DNA of 63,465 nt, the filler included, from Collodictyon triciliatum (lineage: Eukaryota), in the NCBI GenBank assembly GCA_043381765.1. It is 28 parts of 28 records of this genome, joined end to end, with 100 filler letters (N's around TTAATTAATTAA, not from the genome) between each part and the next. Parts side by side here need not be neighbours in the genome. Positions count along the whole stretch, not along the records: positions 11,579 to 13,793 come from JBHJMP010009270.1; positions 13,894 to 16,107 come from JBHJMP010009271.1; positions 16,208 to 18,421 come from JBHJMP010009272.1; positions 18,522 to 20,734 come from JBHJMP010009273.1; positions 20,835 to 23,044 come from JBHJMP010009274.1; positions 23,145 to 25,354 come from JBHJMP010009275.1; 22 more parts are not named here. The stretch is one strand, 5' to 3'. This document shows positions 13,417 to 25,317 of the stretch, in pieces. Every line of letters starts with the position of its first letter. Within the stretch, counting starts at the first letter, position 1. The notes under the pieces were generated by a model. It saw only the letters and a program-made list of their open reading frames with translations. It did not search any database and was not told the DNA's origin. Both the position numbers and the translations under genes were made by a program.

Positions 13417-15550
13417 CTATGTTTTAGTTTTAATTTCGATTAATTGCTACATAAGCAAACCAATGAATATATATATGAAATTGATGAGTTATACATGTTG
13501 ATTTCTAGAAGTAGACTATATATAATCAAAGAGATTAATATGTTTGCAGTTATAAAGCGTCAGTGTGGTGTTTAATATTATCTAAATTAACCTTTTCGCA
13601 ATTCGTGAGCAAAACGGCGCTTGTTGATGATTTTAATTGGTTTTCTAAGGTAATTTTTGTATTTACAAAAAAAATAGATCATACATACATACATACATAC
13701 ATACATACATACATACATACATACATACATACATACATACATACATACATACATACATACATACATACATACATACATACATACATACATACANNNNNNN
13801 NNNNNNNNNNNNNNNNNNNNNNNNNNNNNNNNNNNNNTTAATTAATTAANNNNNNNNNNNNNNNNNNNNNNNNNNNNNNNNNNNNNNNNNNNNAAGCCAT
13901 CAATCACTAAGGTCAGTATGTAGTAGATAAAGCAATATAAATTGTTCTTCTGGCATAAAAATTAGATTTTCAATTTCATCATAGTGGATTTTTTAACATA
14001 ATCAAAAGCTAAACATGAATTTTACAAATATATTTCACAAATCATAAATACACTGTTTTAGGCATTATATCCATATCGTCACAAAAAATAATAATTAGAC
14101 ACATGATTTATTCAACTATTCGATTCTATTTAATTAGTCTTTCACAAATGATACACAATAAGATTTTGAGATATCAATAAGCCACTGCACACTGCAAGCG
14201 TAATCTCGGTCTTCATTAGCCAACAGTGATAGGACAGCCCAAGTGCGTTCTTTATAAGAGAGTTTATAAACAATTCACACGTTAATAGTAATGTTTTTGA
14301 TACACGTAAATCATATCAATAATAATGGTAATGATAATAAATGCACTAGTTAAATAAAGTTGAAGATAAAACTTAAATGACAAAAAAAAATTTTTATTTA
14401 AGGTAAGCACATCCTTATATTTAGCGCACCTACACCGCCCAAACGTTCGATATATCTTAACAAGTAACGTGTGCATAAGCAATTCGTACTTTATTTCGGC
14501 TTAGCAAAGTTGGCTTTGAATTACCTTTTCTTTTTTAATATTATTTCTTCCAATTTGTGCAATATGATGGGGGTTTATACTTTGGTAAATTGCCTTTCCT
14601 TCCACAATCCAACAATACAGTTGTGCTTTCTCTATGTGGAAGTGACACGAGTCGGATTTGGCTACATGTCAGGTCGGAACAGGAACTGAATTTAGGATAT
14701 CCTCCTATGAAATCAGTAGGTAACAATAATATTATCATCAAATGCAAAGCTATAACAACCAATAACTCAGACCCCAACTTTATCCACGGCCAGATTTTTT
14801 GAATTATAACAATTGTGCATAAAATTGGTTTATGAAAAATAATATAAAACCAACAAATCACACCGGTCTAGTATTTATTTTGACATATAAAATTCTACAA
14901 ATTCATTACCATTACAGTTCTTGAGGCAAATTATTCACTAAAAATATATCAGTGTCGTTGTAATTAACCTTCCTCTGATCCGAATTAATAGAATCTACTT
15001 TATATCTTTAAACACAAAAAAAACATTCTTGATGCAACAAAACTAACTTGAAAAATCAGTATTTCCCATTAATTATGTGATGTCATACTATTAACTTATC
15101 TCTTACAATTTTAATTGTTTATTCATATTCTGTTAATAGTCTTACACGCTATCGCTCAGATGTATGCGTGCTATTTCCTACCAGTTCACATCTATTTGCA
15201 TTTATTAGCATAATATGATAGTTTCTCATCATTTCTACTCTGTCCTCATCAATCTGCATACATCAACATCAATCCACATCGATTACCATATATTTGCATT
15301 CCATCCTATTTTTCCCATCTGCCTTCCATGTCGTGTTTCCGTGTCTCTGGCTTTCTTCATCATCCTATTTGTCACAAATCCGCCGTTCCTATCCCAATAG
15401 AAAGAAAAGCCAGACCCGTCAAAGGCTTCGCAAGTCGCAGCCAGTTCTTCTGGTTCCAACAGTGGTGCGGAAAAACCCCAAGTTGCACGTAAGTCTAGGG
15501 AGACCCATGCAAGGAAGCCGCCTGCAAGTCTGTCTGATCGGACAGTATTT

Positions 15551-16107
15551 TTGCATAATGTCGAGCTAATCGTTTACAACAAGAACAAGGCCCGCAGACT
15601 CACAGATGCGCTCGCCTCCTTCTTGAAAGCGAACAAACCTTGGGAAGAGTCCATCCAATTGCGCTTACCGGATAGTGAAGGCCTTTGCCTGATCGCCTTC
15701 CACACTGCAGAAAACGCCCGAAAGCTTCTGGAGCTGAAGCAGGTAAGTTTGATCGATATTACGAGCAGCTTCAGCAGAAGTAAACCAACAGAGACCCCTG
15801 TGATGATCTACCAACTACCGCTGGGCGTGTGGCCGCAACTCCTTCGTGAGGAGCTGAAGCCGTTCAGACCGACCCACGTGGAGATCAAAAAAGGACAAAG
15901 GCTTATTCACAGACACGGCCGTGGTGAAGCTTCTTTGTCACAAGAACCAGCTCCCTGCAAAGTTTACGGTCATGGGCAAAGAAGTGTCCAAAGCGCATTC
16001 TCAAAGAGCGTCCGCCAGCCGCGAACAACGAACGACAAGTAAAAGCCCCGCAAAAGAATACAACCGCCAAGCAGACAAGCAGCAACGGGGTCAAGGAAGC
16101 CAAGGCC
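15551..16107 (+). mobile_element. Non-LTR retrotransposon (L1/Tx1-like) ORF1 with RRM-like domain, frameshifted, truncated by gap
   Basis: VMIYQLPLGVWPQLLREELKPF.. continues as EIKKDKGLFTDTAVVKL..LPAKFTVMGKEV if one A is removed from the A6 run at 15887-15892. This resembles the L1/Tx1 ORF1p RRM pattern. Intronless and GC-richer than the flanks. Confidence 0.6.
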
Positions 16108-16635
16108 NNNNNNNNNNNNNNNNNNNNNNNNNNNNNNNNNNNNNNNNNNNNTTAATTAATTAANNNNNNNNNNNNNNNNNNNNNNNNNNNNNNNNNNNNN
16201 NNNNNNNACATACATACATACATACATACATACATACATACATACATACATACATACATACATACATACATACATACATACATACATACATACATACATA
16301 CATACATACATACATACACGAATCCGCTTCCTGTTTTATTATCTGTATTATGTACGCTATTTTTTTGGAAATGCATGGATTAGACAAGCAAAATTTTGAG
16401 AAAATCGATGTCTTTATTGTGTATACAAAAAGGATACCATTTTTACAAAACTTAATTCATTTTAAATCACTAAATATATATTGAATTTTATAATAAATAT
16501 ACCCTATTTCCCTAATTCATAATTGCAGTTTTCATCGATGAAGTTCCCAACAGTGGCCAATGCTTTACTATTGGGTAATATTTCTTGAAGAATCTAGTAT
16601 ATACTATGGATATTTGACGAAATTATGAATAAACT

Positions 16636-18421
16636 TTGCCACTTTTTTCGACAGGAGTACTTATTTGCAGTCATTTTGGCGACACAAAAGGGCAAACCTA
16701 TCTAATTCGAACATTGTCTTGCCATAATAATGGCGTGCGTAGTGTTTTCGTTACAGCTGATGTTTCAAAACTTGTTTCGGGAAGCGATGACAACACAATC
16801 AAAATCTGGAATCTAACAGATGGAAGTTTGATTCGAACGCTGACTGGCCATATTGACAACGTGTATAGTGTTTTTGTTACAGCTGATGTTTCAAAAATTG
16901 TTTCAGGAAGCAAAGACGAAACAATCAAAATTTGGGGAGTTTGCGAAGCAGGTTTCTTTTATGACGTAGAATCTTAAATATGCTCATTATGCCCCTCAGG
17001 AACATACAACCCTTCCATCGGCTCTACGAGCTCCAGTGCGTGTATTTCATGCGCTGCTGGAACATACAATCAATTAACCGGACAATCAAGTTGCTCATCA
17101 TGCCCTTCAGGTACATACAGTAATAAAACAAGTAATATTAATTGCAATGAATGTGAACCAGGAACCTTCAATGATGAAGTACACCAAGTCCAATGCAAGA
17201 TTTGCAGAGATGGAACATTCAATCCTGATTTTGCATCAATTAATATCTCTTCTTGCATTAAATGCCCAATAGGAACTTACGGTACCCAATCAAAAGATAA
17301 ATGTGATTTATGTCCTGTAGGCACATTTAACAATAAAACAGGATTATTTGGTGTGAATTCATGTATCTATTGTTATAATGGAAGTTTTAGCTCAGATGAT
17401 AGGTCATCGTGTATTGTATGTTCTTCAGGTTCCTATCAGCAAGAGGGAGTATCTAAAGACCCTTCTTCATGTATTCCATGCCCGAAGGGGACATTTAACC
17501 CCAATACCGGTTCATACGGAAATATGTCTTGCAATGAGTGTCCTCAGGGCACCTGGAACGATAAAGAAGGCCAGACATCATGCATATCGTGTCAAGCTGG
17601 AACAAAAAACAATATAACTAGTTCATTTGATTCATCATCATGTCAATCCCAACCCCAACCCCAACCCCAATCTCAATCTCAATCTCAATCTCAATCTCAA
17701 TCTCAATCTCAATCTCAATTCCAATCTAAATATCATTCTCAGTCTCAGTCTGAGTCTCAATCCCAATCTCAATCTCAACCTCAGTCTCAATCTCAATCTC
17801 AATCTCAATCTCAATCTCAATCTCAATCTCAATCTCAATCCCAATCTAAATATCAATCTCAATCTCAATCTCAATCTCAGTCTCAATCCCAATCTCAATC
17901 TCAATCCCAATCCCAATCCCAATCTAAATCGCAATCTCAATCTCAATCGCAATCTCAATCTCAATCTCAATCCCAATCGCAATCTCAATCCCAATCGCAA
18001 TCGCAATCTCAATCTCAATCCCAATCCCAATCGCAATCGCAATCACAATCACAATCTCAATCCCAATCGCAATCGCAATCTCAATCTCAATCCCAATCGC
18101 AATCGCAATCGCAATCACAATCACAATCTCAATCCCAATCACAATCACAATCTCAATCGCAATCGCAATCGCAATCGCAATCGCAATCGCAATCTCAATC
18201 TCAATCTCAATCTCAATCCCAATCCCCATCCCAATCTCAATCTCAATATCAGTCTCAATCGCAATCCCCATCCCAATCTCAATCTCAATATCAGTCTCAA
18301 TCGCAATCGCAGTCTCAGTCTCAGTCTCAATCCAAATCCCAATCTCAATCCCAATCCCAATCCCAATCCCAATCCCAATCCCAATCCCAATCCCAATCCC
18401 AATCTCAATCTCAATCCCAAT
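16636..18421 (+). pseudogene. WD40 repeats + Cys-rich (CxxCPxGTY, TNFR/GCC2-like) repeats + Ser-Gln repeat, interrupted by one in-frame TAA at 16975-16977
   Basis: Two WD40 repeats (GH..VSGSDDNTIKIW). The frame stays open after the TAA through about ten CxxCPxGT[YF] units and into (SQ)n. ORFs 16636 and 17353 are in the same frame. Confidence 0.7.
17644..18421 (+). repeat. Coding hexanucleotide repeat (TCNCAA)n encoding poly(Ser-Gln)
   Basis: About 130 units, with variation mostly at the synonymous Ser third position. Confidence 0.9.
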
Positions 18422-18656
18422 NNNNNNNNNNNNNNNNNNNNNNNNNNNNNNNNNNNNNNNNNNNNTTAATTAATTAANNNNNNNNNNNNNNNNNNNNNNN
18501 NNNNNNNNNNNNNNNNNNNNNAAGATGAAGATGAAGATGAAGATGAAGATGAAGATGAAGATGAAGATGAAGATGAAGATGAAGATGAAGATGAAGATGA
18601 AGATGAAGATGAAGATGAAGATGTGAGAAATTCCTCATCAAACAGCGGATGGTTAC

Positions 18657-20505
18657 TTGGAAGCGCATATATCGAAGGACAAGCTTCAAGGCCGAATATT
18701 CAGGTGCATCTGATTTACCATTTTCCTGTAAAAAAGTGGATTAGAAAAAGTTTCGGGTTCTGCTGCTGAGTTTTCATATTTCCAGGCAACAAGTGAAAAT
18801 ATAAAAATAGTAATAAATGTAACATATTGGTTTATAAAATGGTAAATAGTAAAAGAGGCGATACACTATAAAGGATGGTCATCAATCTCTTAACTAGCTG
18901 GCTAATAAATACTGGGCGATTTGAGAGGCAAATAATTACCTGAGCTCGTCTTATGGTTAGAAGATTCTCGCGCTCTTTGACAATGCTATCCTCCCATTCA
19001 GCATCTGTTTCAGGACAGATGACAATATCTTTCATAGAGTCGCTCATTATCTCGAACATCTCATCTGTTTATCATGCATATTATTTCATAGCTTCAATAT
19101 AAATGTGCGTTATCCTCTTAAAATTTAATCCTTTCAAAAACCATATTCCGTGAAAGTGAAAATGAGATAAAGACAATGAAAAAAAAAAGGATGAATAGAA
19201 ACACACCCAAGTCGCTGTCGTCTGACCCAATAAAGCTCTCCAAGTGCATGTGAAGTGAAAGTCTTATCGCGTGAAGAGCCACTTGTTGCTGATTGGTTTA
19301 TTAGAGCAAAGCAATGAATATGCCCCTACTTGGGGTGATTAAAGAATATGCCCAGAAGTAAGACGCGAGACACAAAATAGAGCAATATACCAGCATTTGC
19401 ACGTCCACAAAAACCCATTCGTCTTTTTGATTATTAACTCGGAAATCTCCTCGAAAGGTGGAATGGAAAGTCTCCAAAAAGAACTCAGGGGCAGTAATGA
19501 TTCCAGATGATGGAGTCAAACATCGCCTAGTTTGGGTTATACTTAAATCGATATAGAAGGACAACAGAAATCCCATTATAGCACTCTTTATTGCATGAAC
19601 TTTTATTATTATGATTAGATTAAGATTAAATTCAGGATACAGAATTCATACAAACCGTGCAACCACCGACAGTGCGTATGCAAAAACAACAAGTGTATCC
19701 TGACTATGATTGTGCTCAGGACTCGCTGTTGGGAGCTCATTAGCACGTTCCCTGTAAGAATAAAGCACAGAATTTACTCATGTACTTGACTAAATCAAAT
19801 CTAATCATATTTATGGCAAAGATTTTTTCTTGAAATGCATGAACTGAACAATCGACAAATTACTTTTCCTCTCTGGAGCTTACACAGTGTTCTATCCATC
19901 GACCATAAAACTTCCTGAAACATTCCAATGAGACTCCGCCTATCGCTTGATCAAAATCTTCATCTATAAAACGAATTAAAGATTATACAAATGAGCATAA
20001 GGGCATCTTGTTTCTGCATTCTGAATCGATTAAATTTTTAACGGCAACTGGGAAGATAAAAGAAAGAAGGAAGTTAGAAATTTCACCCCATCTTTTGGAA
20101 AAGATTCCATCCACTTCGCTTGGATTCACGTTCATGATTTCATAAATTTTCCTTTGAACGGCCGGGTTATTTACCCAGTTGTAAAAAGACGGGTGGCGAG
20201 TGGCGAAGAAAATGACACTGTAAACATAATATCTATGGGACAGTCAAAATGTTCAGCATCGATATCATGTTGCAAAATAATAGTGTCAAGTGCATGTTAT
20301 CGTAATTCCAATAGGTATATGCCCGGTATGGATTTGGGCAGCGTAGTTGGTGGGAAATAATTGCTTGGCGACTCACTTTAATATGCTTTTTCGGGAGTCA
20401 TAGGACAAGAAAATACTCTGTGCTGGGTTAATCATTACACTGTAGGTTCGGAGAACATATTGATTGTTGACATGTCTCCAACCAAATAAGCGGAGCTTCA
20501 AACAT
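18657..20505 (-). CDS. PCNX: Pecanex-like protein, C-terminal conserved domain, partial, spliced
   Basis: Exons read YVLRTYSVMINPAQSIFLSYDSRK; DEDFDQAIGGVSLECFRKFYGRWIEHCVSSR; QDTLVVFAYALSVVAR; FRGDFRVNNQKDEWVFVD; IRLSLHMH; IVICPETDAEWEDSIV; EYSALKLVLRYMRF. These are colinear with the pecanex C-terminal motifs. Confidence 0.85.
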
Positions 20506-20834
20506 CAAATATAGAATATAGTGAAGAGCGATGTTGAGGTTTGTGAGGTTCGATAAAAAAAATTATTGTTATAAAAACTACAACAAATAGGGGAATTCAT
20601 AAAAATGCAGAAATTTATGCTATTTATTCAATACCGAAAGAAAAGAAAAGAAAAGAAAAGAAAAGAAAAGAAAAGAAAAGAAAAGAAAAGAAAAGAAAAG
20701 AAAAGAAAAGAAAAGAAAAGAAAAGAAAAGAAAANNNNNNNNNNNNNNNNNNNNNNNNNNNNNNNNNNNNNNNNNNNNTTAATTAATTAANNNNNNNNNN
20801 NNNNNNNNNNNNNNNNNNNNNNNNNNNNNNNNNN

Positions 20835-21517
20835 CAACTTTGCTGGGATAGAGCAAAAGGCTTCTGTATCATCAAGTCGAGAGAAGGAAACAGCTCCTTC
20901 ATCCTGCAACAAGTCACATTCCAAAAGGATGGGAGCCTCGCACCGTCGAAAAATGCAACGATATTTCACTCCTCGAATGCAACCCCAACCACAGCCGTCC
21001 TGAACAACAAAGGAGAATGGCGCTCACGACATTCCATATCATACGGAGCACCGTCGCCATTTTTCTTTCGCCTGAAGAACCGAAGGCGGTCCATCGCACC
21101 TGATTCTCCGCAATTCTCGATGGCCATGACGTACTCCAAATTCTTCCGCTATAAAATCATCAGTCCGAATCCCTACAAACCGGAGAAGATGAGTCGTTGG
21201 GCCGAAACCATATGCATTATAGACATATAATCGAAAAGAGGAAGCAAGCCAGCATTATTCGCTACTTTGACTGCAGGAAAATAGAGATGTGGGAATGTGT
21301 CGTGCGATATCTGCCACAACATATCCTACCCCTTCTACTCACGCAACCAATCAACCAGTTGGGACGCCCACCTGACCAGCTCGCTATCACAGACTTCTTT
21401 CCAGTGCTAGCCTCTCCACGGTAGCGTCTTCTCCTGCTCGCGTTTGCTCTCTACCATGCGCACCTATCTCGCCCCTTTGTATGGCATAACCTCGCTACAC
21501 TTTGAACCGAATAAAGG
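20835..21517 (+). mobile_element. 3' end of non-LTR retrotransposon (family B): ORF2 C-terminus with PIP-box, plus 3' UTR
   Basis: The peptide EMWECVVRYLPQHI..QLAITDFF aligns without gaps to family A DMWKEAEKEIQPRL..QFLITDYF. Upstream frames are broken. It ends in AACCGAATAAAGG. A homologous copy lies at 40465-40705 (-). Confidence 0.65.
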
Positions 21518-21559
21518 AATTTTTTTTAACCCTATGAGATAAGAAACACTCCGGTTTTA

Positions 21560-22414
21560 TTATTTTTTGGTTACGGAGCATAACAGGTCAGATGACCTCG
21601 TCCTTTTGGAAACACGCAAATCCTGATCACTTCCTTCTCTGGTTTCGCTTGGAGCTCCCTGGTTAGGGCTCTGCTCAAGCCAAAAATGATTACCCTCCAA
21701 CAAGCCTGCCAGCACAAAGGCGTGTCCCATCTTCGGCTTGGGTGACATAAGCACCTCTTTCAAAGAAAATCCTTGGGCAACATGGTCCCATCCATCATGG
21801 TCCAAGAGAAAAAGAACGCGTCCTTCTGAGAGTGCTTTTTCATATAGTTCCTTCAACCTCGAGAAGGCTTGTGTCTTAACCACCGCCTCTGCATACAAAG
21901 GGGCGTATAGCTTTGCTCTAGACTCAATATATCCCAACATTTGCCCTTTAACCCAAGAGCCCAAAGGAGCTCTGCCTCTTCCCATCGGGAACCGGACTGG
22001 GTCTAAACGACTAAAGCCTGCCTGAGACCATCTAAACCAAGAGTCCGTTGGTCTCTTATTCGCCCTGTCGCCGTGCTCGTCATAAACTTTACTAAACTGC
22101 CACGCATTTTCCATCACCTTCGCCACAATAGGAGTCTCTCCTGAAACCGCAGGTAGAACCACAGGACCAAGAAAGAACGGGCTCAGGCCTCGCGACCATT
22201 CCTCTTTGGAAGTGCTTGTGGTGTTAACCACATAATGCTGTTCCATAAACTCCTCTGGTTTCTTGCACCGCATCACCATCACTCTTACGGCCCTTGGATT
22301 TGTCACCAGCAACTCCCTGTGTCGCTCATCAGTTCCATTCGTTCTCTTGGGGAAACGCAGCGAGGCGGACGATGTCTGACAGGCTTTTTGACGCTTTCTT
22401 GCATCCTGGCTCAT
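21560..22414 (-). CDS. Intronless DUF6939-like (possibly NADAR-related) protein, 284 aa
   Basis: Motifs LSPFFLGPV..AKVMENAWQFSKVY..RFPMG..LGYIESRAKLYAPLY..LLDHDG..KMGHAFVLA. Confidence 0.65.
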   Translation of the reverse strand: MSQDARKRQKACQTSSASLRFPKRTNGTDERHRELLVTNPRAVRVMVMRCKKPEEFMEQHYVVNTTSTSKEEWSRGLSPFFLGPVVLPAVSGETPIVAKVMENAWQFSKVYDEHGDRANKRPTDSWFRWSQAGFSRLDPVRFPMGRGRAPLGSWVKGQMLGYIESRAKLYAPLYAEAVVKTQAFSRLKELYEKALSEGRVLFLLDHDGWDHVAQGFSLKEVLMSPKPKMGHAFVLAGLLEGNHFWLEQSPNQGAPSETREGSDQDLRVSKRTRSSDLLCSVTKK

Positions 22415-23144
22415 CTGACAGGAGAAACTTTAATAAATAAATAAGAAAGAAAGCTAAAAGCAGCGATAACAACAAGGGAATTGTAGAGGAAAGTCACAGG
22501 AACCTGAATCATTGCAATGCTGCTGCAACCAGGTGTTATTGCCTTGGCAAATCGGGTTAGGGGTTTCTGTGGTTGTGGCTTAAGTAGACAGGATACAACA
22601 AGCGTTTGATACAATTTATACCTTCCTCTTTCTAATATAATATCGTTTCATAGATATTATATAATTAATACGGTAAAATTCAAATATGTCATGAGAGCGC
22701 TTTTTCCCTTTTTTTTTTTGTTGTATTTTAATTTGACTCTCGAATGGCTCAGACTTTATGAGATTTGTTCCCACAACGCGTCGCTTGACGGAAAGAGTCA
22801 GCGCGTGATCCAGACAACTTCTAAGCTGCGAATAAACTTGCAGATGTCCTCCTTGAACGGGGCAGTTGTTTGGCTGATCTTTGTTTGTCTTTTGACCATC
22901 GCACTTCGGCCGATCGCGCGGCATGTTGTTCGCCCGTTCGTGGAATATGTGGCAATCACAGTAACAAAATGGAAACGAGGAGCAAAAGGTATTATAACCG
23001 ATTGTTGTTGTTTCTTTCCCTATTCTTTTTCCTTCCCCCCCCCCNNNNNNNNNNNNNNNNNNNNNNNNNNNNNNNNNNNNNNNNNNNNTTAATTAATTAA
23101 NNNNNNNNNNNNNNNNNNNNNNNNNNNNNNNNNNNNNNNNNNNN

Positions 23145-25317
23145 TGTTGATGTGCATGACCTCACCCTTGACAAAACCAGAAAGGAAAAGAACCTAGTTT
23201 CTTTGAATGAACACATCGTGCGAGTTAAAGACGGGAAACAATTTTTGAAGCTCAACATCGAAATGTATGCACCTGGTTCAAATGGTATGTTCTCGTTTGA
23301 CAAATAAATAAATTATCGCAATTAAAGCAAAGGAATACTTCTTTTAATTTTAAATAATTTTTCTTTTCCTGTTCAAGAGCATTTCATCGGCAAGATTTAT
23401 GGCCGTGTAGCCAGCCTGCAATTCACCCTTTTGAACCGGTTTATAAAGGAAATGCTTAACTTCAAGACTGAAATTCAGCACATGACGAAGGCATTCTTTA
23501 ATCTCTTTGATAAGTTTGGCTCATGTTTTTTTTTTTCTTGATGATTTGGAAATTAATTTTTTTTAAAAATTTTTTTTGATTGTATTGATGAATAAACTTA
23601 CGAACACTTTGAATCAAGATATCAAGTTATTAATCAGTTGTTGGTAGTTTCTGCAAACACTGGTTCGTTCGTCCCTGACCAACACACCTCAGCAGACGAC
23701 TTATCAGGTTCAAACGGTCCACAATCAAAAGAAGATAAAGCAACCGAAGCCCATAGAATTAGATGTACTTGTTGAATCTCCCGAAATTATTATTCCTCAA
23801 TCAAGCGACTCTGGGCTTTGTTTGATTGTTTGCTTAGGAAGTCTCAGTGCTGTCAACGATATTAAGGTATCATGTTTATTCATACAATAACTTACTCTTG
23901 ATTCACTCCAGCTAATATATGGTTAAAAAAAAACGAAGCAGTATTTTTATCATTATTGATAACTTTTTAGGATGGAGCACAAGAGGTTTACATGAAGCTT
24001 ATCGATATCGAGGTTATGATATACGACTCTATTTCAAAGGAGAAAACAAACTCAATTATTGAAAGGACTACTCTAAAATCAAGGGTGCATTTGCCTCTAA
24101 AAGTCGAGCCTCATATGGACAGCAGCGTCGATGTAACTATCTTTCATAATTTCTAATTATGTCTGATATTTTTGAGCTCACACAATAATGTATCTCAATA
24201 CTAAAATAATTTTAATCACATAGATATTTGCCGAATTTGATAATATTGCGATTAAACTGTCTAGAATGGAAATGGGAATTATTTTGAAGACTCTGATTTC
24301 TAACCTCCAAGAGCCCACCGTCGTTCCGCCCCCACTCCTTCTTAACAAAGGTATCAACACTTTTATACTAATTAAACGGTTGTGAACTGTATATCGGATA
24401 TGACTTTACAAATTATATGTATCACCTTACAATTACATGAGAGAGAAATAACTCTTTGAATATATTAGTCAAATTGTCACAGATATTGAAAGTTGGAAAA
24501 CAATTGTATGATCTCTCTGAAAGTAACTCGCAAAACATTACGAGAAATATCACCAAATTTCAAGCAACTATAACCTTTAAGATCGAAAACTTTGCCTTAC
24601 GAATCGATCAACTAGTTGCCACAGAAGCGAACAGTAAGGATTATCTAAAGAATTCCAGTATTCGATATCAATCCTTTTCTTTCTTATTTTTATGTTGTTT
24701 ATGTTATTAAAAAAAAATCGTATATTTCATTTTTATTAATCTTGATGCACACTCAACAATCTAAATGTGGATTTATTGTGGACGATCTCTTAGATTTAGA
24801 ACTTCATCTTTCACATTCAAATTTACTGGATGGGACTGCTTCACTTTTTGTACTGGAGCTAAAGGATATGTCTCTACATGACATACGTGATGCTGAGAGC
24901 AACGTCTACAAAGACATAATACATATCGGGAAAAGGTCAGCCTTACTCCCCGAGATTCAAGTATCGAAATCAAATGAGAGAGGAAAAGCTCTTGTTTTCA
25001 GTGCTCAGAGGAACTATGACGGTGCAATTACAGTCGATGCCGAAATCTTCCAGCCAGTTGTTTCCATTATCCCCGACTTCATCAATGATGTATTGAATTT
25101 CTCTGTCAGCTTCATAGAGGACCTGAAAGCAGATATAGCTTCTAGCCAAAACAGCGATGGTTCAACAGATGACGAATCAGACATGAGTGATACCGGCAGT
25201 GTATCTAGTAAATCGCCAACGCCGCAAGAAAATAAGGAATCCGAATTTCCTGAATTGAACGCAAAACTCAAAGTAGCCAACTTGACCTTTCAGCTGGTGG
25301 AAGACCCTTCCAAAATG
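23145..25317 (+). CDS. VPS13: VPS13-family lipid transfer protein, internal spliced fragment
   Basis: SLQFTLLNRFIKEML; LDVLVESPEIIIPQSSDSGLCLIVCLGSL; FDNIAIKLSRMEMGIILKTLISNLQE; LKVANLTFQLVEDPSK. Confidence 0.8.

Noticed and set aside
17644-18421. SQ cluster as an ATM/ATR phosphorylation domain
   Set aside because: It follows Cys-rich, extracellular-type repeats and is a simple hexamer expansion, so a stalk or linker is more likely.
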